Shown: positions 39,313 to 47,627 of the stretch, one piece after another | How positions within the stretch are numbered: position 1 is the first letter of the stretch | How the letters are laid out: the number at the start of each line of letters is the position of its first letter | Virus record (IMG/VR): IMGVR_UViG_3300033153_016035 | Coordinates: 32,001 to 96,000 of that record | Strand: one strand, 5' to 3' | Length of the DNA stretch: 64,000 nt | Source of the DNA: a virus | Program-made: the position numbers and the translations under genes | Notes under the pieces: model-generated | The model's input: the letters and a program-made list of their open reading frames with translations, nothing else | The model's database searches: none | Told to the model about the DNA's origin: nothing

Positions 39313-39427
39313 AAGACCGAGCCCGGTGGCCCGCACTTTTGTGCGGTCATGAATCCTTGCTTTCCCTTGTGGTGGCATAGCGAACCGGAAGTTAAATCTT
39401 CTGGGGTTCAACTCCCTGATTGGTCTT
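39313..39427 (+). ncRNA. tRNA-like element (T-loop, closing stem), not a canonical tRNA
   Basis: AAGACCGA/TTGGTCTT closing stem; GGGG-TTCAACT-CCCT T-arm; two internal hairpins. Confidence 0.45.
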
Positions 39428-39443
39428 CAAAATTCAACAAGTA

Positions 39444-39890
39444 GTAACGGGATAAGGGTAAACATCAACCTGTTACGTGACCGTGCCCCTGACGGCCTTA
39501 GTACCCTGGACCGGGTGAAAGCCCCAGATACTTACCGGTTTCTCATGGCCTTGAGACGTTATCAGGGTCGGCATTCCGACGGTGGCATAAAGAATGGGAA
39601 CTTCGCCACCCGCTGGTTGGGACTTAGATGTCCTTGGAAAAACTACAGGAAGTAATGTTCTTCGTAGCTGTCCTGGGCGTCCTAAAGGGTTTAACGGTTA
39701 CTTGCACCCAAGTTATCCCTCGCTTCGGCCTAAAAACATAAAATGTGCTCGCGGTATTGTGGGAGGCACGCTTACCTCAGATTGTTTAACGACGGTCGAC
39801 GGTGGGTAAGTTTAGGTTAGAGTCCTAAAATATCTGCACAACGCGGAATAACAAATCCGCAAGCTTGCCCCGAGGAAGCTAAAAAAATTA
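39444..39890 (+). ncRNA. Putative pseudoknot-rich structured RNA; boundaries uncertain
   Basis: Hairpin 39444-39476 whose loop AGGGTA can pair with TACCCT at 39502; GTCGG/CCGAC and GGTGGC/GCCACC hairpins with complementary loops; several more stems. Confidence 0.45.
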
Positions 39891-39908
39891 AATAACAACA
39901 ATTTTATA

Positions 39909-39962
39909 TGTCGGCGTTGGTAGAGTGGCTACTACGTAGGTTCAACCCCTAAAACGTCAACA
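39909..39962 (+). ncRNA. Mini tRNA-like element lacking an anticodon arm
   Basis: Acceptor-like stem TGTCGGCGTT/AACGTCAACA, D-arm GTAG-AGTGGCTA-CTAC, T-arm TAGG-TTCAACC-CCTA. Confidence 0.55.
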
Positions 39963-39971
39963 AAACTTTGT

Positions 39972-40125
39972 GGGGCTAAGGCCCCGGTCCAGTATAATCT
40001 GTGTTAGAAAAGAGTTGAAACTGGACATCGACTAACACAAACTGCTTACCCCATCGGGAAAAGCGAGGTGGGGAGTTCTAACGAACTAATCGCCGTCAAC
40101 TCCGGCGAGGAAGATGGGGAAGCGT
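39972..40125 (+). ncRNA. Putative structured RNA with pseudoknot
   Basis: GTCCAGT/ACTGGAC stem with loop TGTGTTAG pairing to CTAACACA at 40032; CCCCATC/GATGGGG multibranch. Confidence 0.45.
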
Positions 40126-40228
40126 CAAAATCTTTAAACGATCCTGGTAGGGTAAAACCTACCGGGGTCATCATCTATTCTATTTCGTAACTATCACAGG
40201 GGGCCTGAGTGCCCCCGAGGAGTTTAAA

Positions 40229-40501
40229 ATGAAGACTATAGTATTACAAAGAGTCCCCGATGGGTATCGGGGAGATTTGGACTGTCTAGCGGTGGTAACG
40301 CCGCATAAAGAAATTGGCTGCACCCATAGTGGGCACGGCCACGACTATAAAGTCCACATCGTCATCGACGAAACCGTCGCAGGGACGTTGTTCCGTGAAC
40401 ACGGGAATAATGGGGGTGGAAAACCTGCCTGTGATACCTTCTATCCAGCGGAAGGTTGGAAGGTTGAGTATGACGATTACGACGACGATGACGACGACTA
40501 A
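40229..40501 (+). CDS. Hypothetical protein with acidic tail
   Basis: GAGGAG RBS; ends in TAA at a hairpin element. Confidence 0.7.
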   Translation: MKTIVLQRVPDGYRGDLDCLAVVTPHKEIGCTHSGHGHDYKVHIVIDETVAGTLFREHGNNGGGKPACDTFYPAEGWKVEYDDYDDDDDD

Positions 40502-40594
40502 AATTAACCCCAGGTGGGCTAGAAGCCCACTTGGGATATCATCTATTCCATTTTTTAACTATTACAGGGGCCTGAGTGCCCCGAGGAGTTTAAA

Positions 40595-40888
40595 ATGAAA
40601 AAAGATAATAAAAAAAACCAACTCCTGCGCTCCTTCGCGCAGGCGGCCAATTTTCCCTTTGCCGAAGCACGAAAAAGAGCGTATTGGTGGGGAATCCCCC
40701 ACTACTTCTTGGGGGAAGAGCCAAACGGTTCCCGGTGGTGGGTAGAACTCGATTTTACAAAAAACGAGTACCGCATCGTCGTCTGGGAAGGGCGGGAGTG
40801 GACCAAAGCCGTAAGAACCGAAGGCTCGAAGTTGACCAAACGCCTGGTCCGCGTAACCAGGTGTCTAAGAGGCTGGAAACAAAAATAA
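40595..40888 (+). CDS. Hypothetical protein
   Basis: GAGGAG RBS; ends in TAA at a hairpin element. Confidence 0.7.
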   Translation: MKKDNKKNQLLRSFAQAANFPFAEARKRAYWWGIPHYFLGEEPNGSRWWVELDFTKNEYRIVVWEGREWTKAVRTEGSKLTKRLVRVTRCLRGWKQK

Positions 40889-40933
40889 ACCCAACCCCAG
40901 GTAGGCTAGAAACCTGCTTGGGGTATTATAAAA

Positions 40934-41290
40934 CGTGGGTGTTGGAAAGCATCTTTACAAGGTGCCCTCCACCGCCCACCCAGCCGGGCCGGATTAACCC
41001 CTATCCCGGTTACTAAACGGACTTTGCCTACAGTCCAACAACTAAAGTAGGCGCCTTGCCGAGGACGGTATAACTCCCTTTCGGGCCCACCTGATTAACG
41101 CCACCGTGCGAGGGGAACGGGTTCAACTCCCGTGGCAACACCAATATGTGGTTTCCAATGACCACGTTCATGACAGGACACTGTTGACGTACAACTGCCA
41201 TTTGGCGGCGGGCGTCGAGTGTCCGTTGCCCGCCAGCAGTGCCATTGCATGTTTAACTCTGGGAGTCGCGACCTTAGAGTTAAAACCCAA
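40934..41290 (+). ncRNA. Second block of putative structured RNA, with an H-type pseudoknot and a tRNA-like T-arm ending in CCA
   Basis: GGACT-TTGCCTAC-AGTCC with loop pairing GTAGGC (41019-41052); ACGGG-TTCAACT-CCCGT-GGCAACACCA (41117-41143); more hairpins; no RBS-supported ORF. Confidence 0.55.
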
Positions 41291-41296
41291 TTGGAG

Positions 41297-41348
41297 AAAA
41301 AGCCCGCAAACACACCCCAACCCTGGAGTGCGTTTGCGGGCTTTTTTT
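41297..41348 (+). terminator. Intrinsic terminator (possibly bidirectional)
   Basis: AAAAAGCCCGCAAACACAC...GTGCGTTTGCGGGCTTTTTTT. Confidence 0.8.
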
Positions 41349-41401
41349 ATTTCAAATTTTTACGTTTGTGGGGTAATTGCCTACAGGCGTAATTATATTT
41401 C

Positions 41402-41449
41402 AGCCCGCAATATCCTTTCTACGAGAGGGGATGTTGCGGGCTTTTTTTT
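41402..41449 (+). terminator. Intrinsic terminator
   Basis: AGCCCGCAATATCCTTTCT-ACG-AGAGGGGATGTTGCGGGCTTTTTTT. Confidence 0.8.
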
Positions 41450-41465
41450 AATTTAAGGAGAAATC

Positions 41466-41759
41466 ATGTCTCGAAACAAAAAAAATAATATGACCCAACC
41501 CCAACCCCAACCCCAACCCCAATTCACTCCCGCCACCCAAATGAACAGTCTCCCGGCACCAGCCGAGGAGATGGTAAGTAGGACCATCGGGGAGTTGATC
41601 CAGGAATCAGTCGAAAGGAACCTGGACTTTTCAGGGTGTATACGGCAGGCCGACAAAGAGCTTGACGTCTCGTACACCCCACCCAAAGATGAGGAGGGGT
41701 CGGTGAAAAAAAGGGAGTTTCAATTGAGGTTCCGCGACAACAAGAGAATCTCAGACTAG
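41466..41759 (+). CDS. Hypothetical protein with QP repeat
   Basis: TAAGGAG RBS. Confidence 0.65.
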   Translation: MSRNKKNNMTQPQPQPQPQFTPATQMNSLPAPAEEMVSRTIGELIQESVERNLDFSGCIRQADKELDVSYTPPKDEEGSVKKREFQLRFRDNKRISD

Positions 41760-41837
41760 CCTATTCCGGGGGTGGCTCCCCCGGCTCCTTACCATGTTTT
41801 TTTAAACCCTGTAACTTTTAAGAAAAGGAGGTCTACC

Positions 41838-42860
41838 ATGATTATCATGCAAGACCAAGTTCAGAATTTTCAGGATATAAACACGTTACATGAGCACGTA
41901 GAAGCTCAGGATGTCAGCGAAAGGATCGGAACGGTAAAGCTCCAAGATATGGAGCTATGGCCGAACTCCCTGCGAGTCAGGGATGAACACTACGCGTTGA
42001 CCCGGACAGGCGTCAACGACGCTCTATCCCTGGCACATTTCCCTCAGGGAGCCTTCATTAAGGTCGAAGAGGAGAAACAAGGCGATATCGACTTGGGGTT
42101 GTGTACATACACCAACTCCTTCTATAACCATGCCTCTTGCAAAAATAAGAGGCGCAAGATAATAACCCGCGCCACCACCGAAAACGAAAAGGAGGCGACT
42201 GGCCTTGAAAGGGCTGTCATCGGCATCCCGAGTGAGCAATACTATTTGTTTTCTCACGCCGAGGCGCTTGATAAAATCAAGGCCCCGGTTTCCACTCTCC
42301 AGGTAAAAAGGGCGCGGGTGACACCGCACTTAATGGAAATATGTGTGGTGGACGACCGCTTCAAAGCCCAAGCGGGCGCGGTTGGAGACATAGTAGAGAT
42401 TGGGGTTAAAATCCTCAACTCACAAACCCGAGCAAGGAAGCTCCAATTTGGAGCCTTCACATGGCGGCTTTGGTGTACAAATGGCTGCTCCGCAGCCAGC
42501 GAAGCGTTTTCGTTTGGATTTGTCCACCGGCAGGGAATAACGGCCATCAATGGCCAGATAGAGCCAGGCATTAGAGACCTAATTGAGAAGACGGAAGTCT
42601 TCACAAAGGGTCTTCCGCGTCTGGCAGAAATGCCTGCCGACGACAAGTTCATCCGGCGGATCGAGCCTCGGCTCGTCCAAGGGATGAAAACAGCACCGGC
42701 GCAACTGTACACCGAGGGTCTCCGGGAAAACCGGCAAAACCGGTTGGATGTTTGGAACTACGTCACCGAGTACGCACACAAACATACCGGGGGCGACGTC
42801 AACAAACAGCAAACCCTGGAGAACCTTGGGTTCTCCATCCTGGAGATGTCCATAAATTAA
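41838..42860 (+). CDS. DUF932-like phage protein
   Basis: ILNS......QFGAFTWRLWCTNG motif; AGGAGG RBS before ATG 41838. Confidence 0.65.
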   Translation: MIIMQDQVQNFQDINTLHEHVEAQDVSERIGTVKLQDMELWPNSLRVRDEHYALTRTGVNDALSLAHFPQGAFIKVEEEKQGDIDLGLCTYTNSFYNHASCKNKRRKIITRATTENEKEATGLERAVIGIPSEQYYLFSHAEALDKIKAPVSTLQVKRARVTPHLMEICVVDDRFKAQAGAVGDIVEIGVKILNSQTRARKLQFGAFTWRLWCTNGCSAASEAFSFGFVHRQGITAINGQIEPGIRDLIEKTEVFTKGLPRLAEMPADDKFIRRIEPRLVQGMKTAPAQLYTEGLRENRQNRLDVWNYVTEYAHKHTGGDVNKQQTLENLGFSILEMSIN

Positions 42861-42936
42861 CAACCCAGCCCCGACAGGATAAGCTCCTGTCGGGGTTTTT
42901 ATTTCCCCAAACACTAACTCTTTGAAAGGAGACTAT

Positions 42937-43302
42937 ATGGGAAATTTCTTTTACTGGTCCAATTCGGACCTGAAGAACTTAGAAGCGGCCGCACACCGCG
43001 ATGGGTACCGGCTGCCCACAAATTTTTACATGAGGCGGTCGGAAGTAACGGCGGACCTTTACCAACAGGAAGAGGTTCGTGATGAGGCGGTAAAGGCCGC
43101 CGCGACGGAGTGGCAGAAGCTCCGTAAGGGGATTGCCTGGGTCAAGCTCGATGGAGACGACCAGGAGGTCGGTCCCCGATCGGCTGACTTTTACAAGGAA
43201 GCCCTCCCCCAGCAGTTGTTTGACTTGCTGGGAAGTTTTGACCGGAAGGCCGCTTTGGTGGCGGCTATCGAGTTTATACGCACGTATAGACCCGCAGAAT
43301 AA
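42937..43302 (+). CDS. Hypothetical protein
   Basis: AAGGAG RBS before ATG 42937. Confidence 0.7.
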   Translation: MGNFFYWSNSDLKNLEAAAHRDGYRLPTNFYMRRSEVTADLYQQEEVRDEAVKAAATEWQKLRKGIAWVKLDGDDQEVGPRSADFYKEALPQQLFDLLGSFDRKAALVAAIEFIRTYRPAE

Positions 43303-43377
43303 ACTGTGTCTACAGGGGGCTAAATGCCTTCTGTAGACTTTATGCTTTTTATTACATTAACTTTTTAAGGAAATATT

Positions 43378-43569
43378 ATGAAAAAGTACGACCTTGTATG
43401 CCCCCATTGCCACGAACCGGAGGTGGTTCACCTCCCGGCACATGCGCCCAATGAGCCCCACTGTACGGAATGTGGGGAGGATGTGGATCTTGACGAGGTC
43501 CACACATTTATCAATGGGTGGACCGATTATCTGGCTGACAGAAAAGCGTTTTTGGAGGCAAAAAAATGA
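43378..43569 (+). CDS. Small Zn-ribbon protein
   Basis: CPHC...CTEC. Confidence 0.65.
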   Translation: MKKYDLVCPHCHEPEVVHLPAHAPNEPHCTECGEDVDLDEVHTFINGWTDYLADRKAFLEAKK

Positions 43570-44006
43570 ATCTGATTGAATTCTTCCGAGGAGACTACAC
43601 CCTAAAAGTGGAGGTTCTCCTGACGGACCCTGATAATAAAAGGGTCTGCCTGACTATCGTCCAAACTGCCCCTGACACAAGGAAGGCGTTGAGGACCAAT
43701 CAGTTCTACCTCAAACTGTCGGAGGCGCGGATACTGTTTCAGGACTTTTTGTCCTGTGAATTTTGGGTCGCCAACCGGCGATATCCAAAAAGACAGTTCC
43801 GGCGGATCCGAAAGTCCAGCCGGTACCGGGATGTCATTATCCAGCCTAAGGATAATGACCTTTCCTTATCTATTATAGATGGGGAGAAGGAAAATGTCCT
43901 TCGGTTTCAGTTGACCTCGTTTGAAGCCGCCGAGATGGCGGACACGGTTTTAGACTATCTGGACAAAAAGCGCCTCGCCTGGGCGATAAAGCAGGCGATA
44001 AAATAG
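43566..44006 (+). CDS. Hypothetical protein
   Basis: ATGA-coupled; GGAGG RBS. Confidence 0.65.
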   Translation: MNLIEFFRGDYTLKVEVLLTDPDNKRVCLTIVQTAPDTRKALRTNQFYLKLSEARILFQDFLSCEFWVANRRYPKRQFRRIRKSSRYRDVIIQPKDNDLSLSIIDGEKENVLRFQLTSFEAAEMADTVLDYLDKKRLAWAIKQAIK

Positions 44007-44099
44007 GGACTACCGGGGGACACAGTTCCCCGGTAGCCGTCATGGCCCGTAACATTTCTTTTCGGCGGCCTTTCGGTCGCTATTTAAAAAGGAGAATTT

Positions 44100-44789
44100 A
44101 TGTATATTCATTTTTCCGAACCGGGCAAAATGCCCTGCCATGCCTGGTCGCTTCCGACGGCAATGTGCCAATCGGGACAAAAGTACCGGTTACAGGGCGA
44201 CCTGACCGGTAAACCATTTGCCTGTCGTGTGTGTTATGCACACCTTGGGCCTACGTCCTGGAATAAAAACCAGGGATATTTAACAAAAAACTGGGAGGCG
44301 TATGCCGCAAATCCAGATGGCTGGGTGATAGAGATTGCCGACGCTATCTGGAATCGACTAAACGCCTTGTATTTCCGGTGGAACCACAGTGGCGATATCC
44401 AAAGTGCAATCCACTTAGGACACCTAGTCGGCGTGGCCGAGCTTTGCCCCAAAACTTTTTTCTGGCTACCAACGTCCGAATTTGCCTTCGTGTCTCGATA
44501 TCTCCGGGACGGTGGCGACATCCCCAAAAATTTATGTGTACGGGTATCGGCCCCACTCATAGACGGGAAACCCCGCATCTTGCGGAGGCCGCACCCCCAA
44601 GTGGCATACAGTAGAGTAGTCTACCATGAGGTAGATGAAACCTTGTGCCCTGCTCACAGACAGGAGGGGGTTTGCGGCAAATGCCGCAGATGTTGGGATA
44701 TTAACGAGAGACTAGTATCCTATCCACTTAAGGTGGGGTACACCTACTGGCCGTTACTAACAGCCAATAGGCTAGGTCTAATAAAATAA
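44100..44789 (+). CDS. Gp88-like Cys-rich protein (mycobacteriophage gene product 88 family)
   Basis: KMPCHAWSLP, C..CYA, YFRWNHSGD, FWLPT.E, P.NL.VR.S, CPA..Q...C..CR.CW. Confidence 0.8.
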   Translation: MYIHFSEPGKMPCHAWSLPTAMCQSGQKYRLQGDLTGKPFACRVCYAHLGPTSWNKNQGYLTKNWEAYAANPDGWVIEIADAIWNRLNALYFRWNHSGDIQSAIHLGHLVGVAELCPKTFFWLPTSEFAFVSRYLRDGGDIPKNLCVRVSAPLIDGKPRILRRPHPQVAYSRVVYHEVDETLCPAHRQEGVCGKCRRCWDINERLVSYPLKVGYTYWPLLTANRLGLIK

Positions 44790-44870
44790 AACCGGGCCGG
44801 GGAGGATAGAACCTCCTCGGTTCTTTATCTTTTACTTTTAATTTTACTTAACAAAGGAAAGGAGATTTGT

Positions 44871-45422
44871 ATGAAAGACAAATCTCATCTTACCACCACC
44901 TATGACGCCTACAACACCGCCCGGATCCTCGATGACTACGTCAATGGATCCGGCGGCTTCACCGAAGTTTTTGCTGAGAGTTTCAGCTTGGAAGAAGCGC
45001 GGGTTGTGTGTAAATTTTTCTACCACTCCCTCATCTACTATGGAGGAAAAGAGGTAGGCATTGACGGGCGGAACGAATACTACGTAGGGGTCTGCAAAAA
45101 AATCAGACCAAAACATCACGCCATGCAAGTGGCAGACTGCGCAACGTACAACGGGAACAAGGAAGAAATACCGTACCACCCTGAAGAGTACGCCGTGTCC
45201 AGATTTCTGGTACGGTGGTTGAAGACTGCTTCGATGTCTGAACAGAAGAAATTCTTTCACTTCTTCAGGGAGGACACGCACAACATGCTCCAGTCCTATT
45301 TTGTAGAACTGGCCATCAAAATGTGTCTTTACTGGCACGCTAGGCTCCCAGAACTAAAACCGCTAATAAAAAGTATTGTAGATGCAGGTCACTACATAAA
45401 TACCCGCGATTTACACTACTAA
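44871..45422 (+). CDS. Hypothetical protein
   Basis: AAGGAG RBS. Confidence 0.7.
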   Translation: MKDKSHLTTTYDAYNTARILDDYVNGSGGFTEVFAESFSLEEARVVCKFFYHSLIYYGGKEVGIDGRNEYYVGVCKKIRPKHHAMQVADCATYNGNKEEIPYHPEEYAVSRFLVRWLKTASMSEQKKFFHFFREDTHNMLQSYFVELAIKMCLYWHARLPELKPLIKSIVDAGHYINTRDLHY

Positions 45423-45494
45423 AAAGAACCCGGCGCTGGCCATAAACCGGCGTCGGGTATCATAACCTATTTCGTTTCTTTTTAGGAGAAATCC

Positions 45495-45743
45495 ATGAGA
45501 TGTACGAAAGAACAACTGGACCAATGGGTCCAGATACTAACCAAACTTGTCCCACCACCCAAATGGTGTCGGTGGGAATACCGAAATGAGTATGGTCATG
45601 GGATTTTCCCCGTAATCATAAAAAATGGTGCCGTTTACGCCAACAAGGTGCTCGGCGGGATGGTCCACAATACCAAACCAGAGTTACTGTCGCACATCAA
45701 GTTTACGGTTAGTGTTATTCAAGCCCTGAAGGGGGGAGAGTAA
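45495..45743 (+). CDS. Hypothetical protein
   Basis: AGGAG RBS. Confidence 0.65.
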   Translation: MRCTKEQLDQWVQILTKLVPPPKWCRWEYRNEYGHGIFPVIIKNGAVYANKVLGGMVHNTKPELLSHIKFTVSVIQALKGGE

Positions 45744-46018
45744 TGTATTTCAAATTTAAACTAAACGTAGTCCGGGAGGCCCTATCCTCTGAGACTATTA
45801 CCATCAATCTCCGGGGGCCTAAAGAGGCACCGGTATTTTCAAATGGACTTCTGTCCGAAATTCTTGAGGCCAGTGAGGTTGAGACCTCGGTTTCTGTGTC
45901 CTCCAAGGACATCAGAGATCTACTAAAAACGCATGGGCGGTACAAAAAGTATATGTACTGCTTGGTCCAGAAGGATTACCTTCTAGTGGGATTTTCCCCA
46001 CTCAAAAAAAGAAAATAA
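45743..46018 (+). CDS. Hypothetical protein
   Basis: TAATG coupling to the previous gene. Confidence 0.65.
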   Translation: MYFKFKLNVVREALSSETITINLRGPKEAPVFSNGLLSEILEASEVETSVSVSSKDIRDLLKTHGRYKKYMYCLVQKDYLLVGFSPLKKRK

Positions 46019-46090
46019 ACCTGAGCCTGGGTGGAGGTAGAACTTCCCCGGGCTATTATCTTTAATTTCATAACTTTTTAGGAGACTACT

Positions 46091-46600
46091 ATGGATTTTT
46101 TAAAGCTTATCAGAGAAGAAGAGTACCAGACAGTAGTGCGCCAACTGGCGCATGAAGACGGGATCGAAGTGGTCCTATCTATTCCCGGAGTATGGGAGCT
46201 GGTGGCGGAGTTTTATAACAACGCCGCCATTGAGTTGTGGCAGAAGGAACTCCCCTTTACGTGGGAGGAGGATGGTCACGAGGTGGTATTGGAACTCCTG
46301 GAGACGGGCACGAAAGTCGTGCTACGCCAGTCCGACCGCCCGTGGTCCAGCCCGGGGTTTTCCCGCCTGGAGTACGAAGTCTACCAAACGGGGTTTACCC
46401 CCATTTTTGAGAATGACGACTTCGCAGTTCCGACGGGGGCGGGTTTAACCCTCAGGTCGACTTTAAGCCTACTGCGCCACCTCACAGACCCACATAAGCT
46501 GGGTCGGGAATTTGACCTCAACCAGCTCGACTGGTTAGAGACTTATGGGGGGGAGATCGGAGGATTTGCTGCCGATTGGCGGCAAAGGCTCGACATATAA
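46091..46600 (+). CDS. Hypothetical protein
   Basis: AGGAG RBS. Confidence 0.7.
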   Translation: MDFLKLIREEEYQTVVRQLAHEDGIEVVLSIPGVWELVAEFYNNAAIELWQKELPFTWEEDGHEVVLELLETGTKVVLRQSDRPWSSPGFSRLEYEVYQTGFTPIFENDDFAVPTGAGLTLRSTLSLLRHLTDPHKLGREFDLNQLDWLETYGGEIGGFAADWRQRLDI

Positions 46601-46661
46601 AACTAAACCCGGGCGGGATGACTCCTGTCCGGGTTACTATTTCTATTTTAAGGAGAAAAAT

Positions 46662-46868
46662 ATGAGCTACAAACACCCCGAAGGGTGGATCAAGCGTGGG
46701 GAGAAACACCACTTTTTCGTGGACGGCGTCTCCCTGTGTCGCCATTTCTACCAATTCACGTACGATAACCCGTCCGAACACGACGGGCTGTACAACTTAA
46801 TGGACTGCGCCGAGTGCCAGTCCAAACACAAGCATTTAATCTCTGAAAGGAGATTTAAAAATGGATAA
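46662..46868 (+). CDS. Small His/Cys protein
   Basis: GW...KHHFFVDGVSLC...CAEC; TAAGGAG RBS. Confidence 0.65.
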   Translation: MSYKHPEGWIKRGEKHHFFVDGVSLCRHFYQFTYDNPSEHDGLYNLMDCAECQSKHKHLISERRFKNG

Positions 46869-47037
46869 AAACTGTGAGGACTGTGGTACCCCCATTATAC
46901 GAGGGGGGATGGTTGTCGTCGATGGCGCCGTGAAGGCTGGCGACGTTTTACTTTGCAGCGAATGCAAAAACAAACAAAAAATTCGTACGCATAACGCCCT
47001 CACCCATATGTACGGGCAGATGGCGATGGACGACTAA
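46861..47037 (+). CDS. Small Zn-finger protein (58 aa, below ORF-track cutoff)
   Basis: MDKNCEDCG...CSECKN...; AAGGAG RBS; ends at a hairpin element. Confidence 0.6.
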   Translation: MDKNCEDCGTPIIRGGMVVVDGAVKAGDVLLCSECKNKQKIRTHNALTHMYGQMAMDD

Positions 47038-47112
47038 ACTGTGCCCGGGTAAGGATAAAACCTTGCCTGGGTTTTATTTTTTTATTCCCTAGTTTACTTT
47101 AAGGAGACTTCT

Positions 47113-47421
47113 ATGGATAAAAACTACACCGACCCCAAAAAGTGTTGGCCCCCAAAAATGGACAAAGACCTCGATCTGATTTTTCGGATCGGGGACACGA
47201 TGTCAGACTTTTTGGGGAGGCACGGGGTGGCTGGCCAACTTGATGGCCCATACCAAGCGTGGGCACACCCCAATTACCACAGGGAGACCCCCGAGACAAT
47301 TAGGGGGGACAGCTCCATCGGAGATGGGGGGTTAAATGACAAAGTCCTTAGGTCAGCCACTGCATTTGTGGCGTACAGCTTGTCTATGACGAGTGCCCCG
47401 ACTGTCGAAGTATCTGTTTGA
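47113..47421 (+). CDS. Hypothetical protein
   Basis: TAAGGAG RBS. Confidence 0.55.
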   Translation: MDKNYTDPKKCWPPKMDKDLDLIFRIGDTMSDFLGRHGVAGQLDGPYQAWAHPNYHRETPETIRGDSSIGDGGLNDKVLRSATAFVAYSLSMTSAPTVEVSV

Positions 47422-47627
47422 CATGTTACGCGTGTGGTGGGGTATGGAAGCCCAAGACCCCGCCGGAAAGTCGGGAATGTCCAGAAACCTGCATCCACTG
47501 CGGGACTTCCTGCTGCCCTAATTGCGGTGGGGAGATATATCGCGTTGAGGAGAGGGATGGAGTAGAGGAGCAGTACAGAAAAGCGTGTTCATACTGCTCC
47601 TGGCGACACTGCGGGGGGTGCATTTAA
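47418..47627 (+). CDS. Small Cys-rich protein
   Basis: Several CxxC motifs; ends in TAA at a hairpin element; start uncertain. Confidence 0.5.
   Translation: MTCYACGGVWKPKTPPESRECPETCIHCGTSCCPNCGGEIYRVEERDGVEEQYRKACSYCSWRHCGGCI

Noticed and set aside
38310-39809. Short ORFs in the track across the non-coding region (38310..38630, 38389..38613, 38652..38966, 39244..39444, 39594..39809)
   Set aside because: No convincing RBS, atypical composition, and the region is better explained by RNA pairing.
39313-41143. Canonical tRNA genes (including tRNA-Sec) or tmRNA
   Set aside because: T-arms are present, but no complete cloverleaf with a 7-nt anticodon loop could be built, and there is no GGGG...CTCCACCA alanyl acceptor stem.
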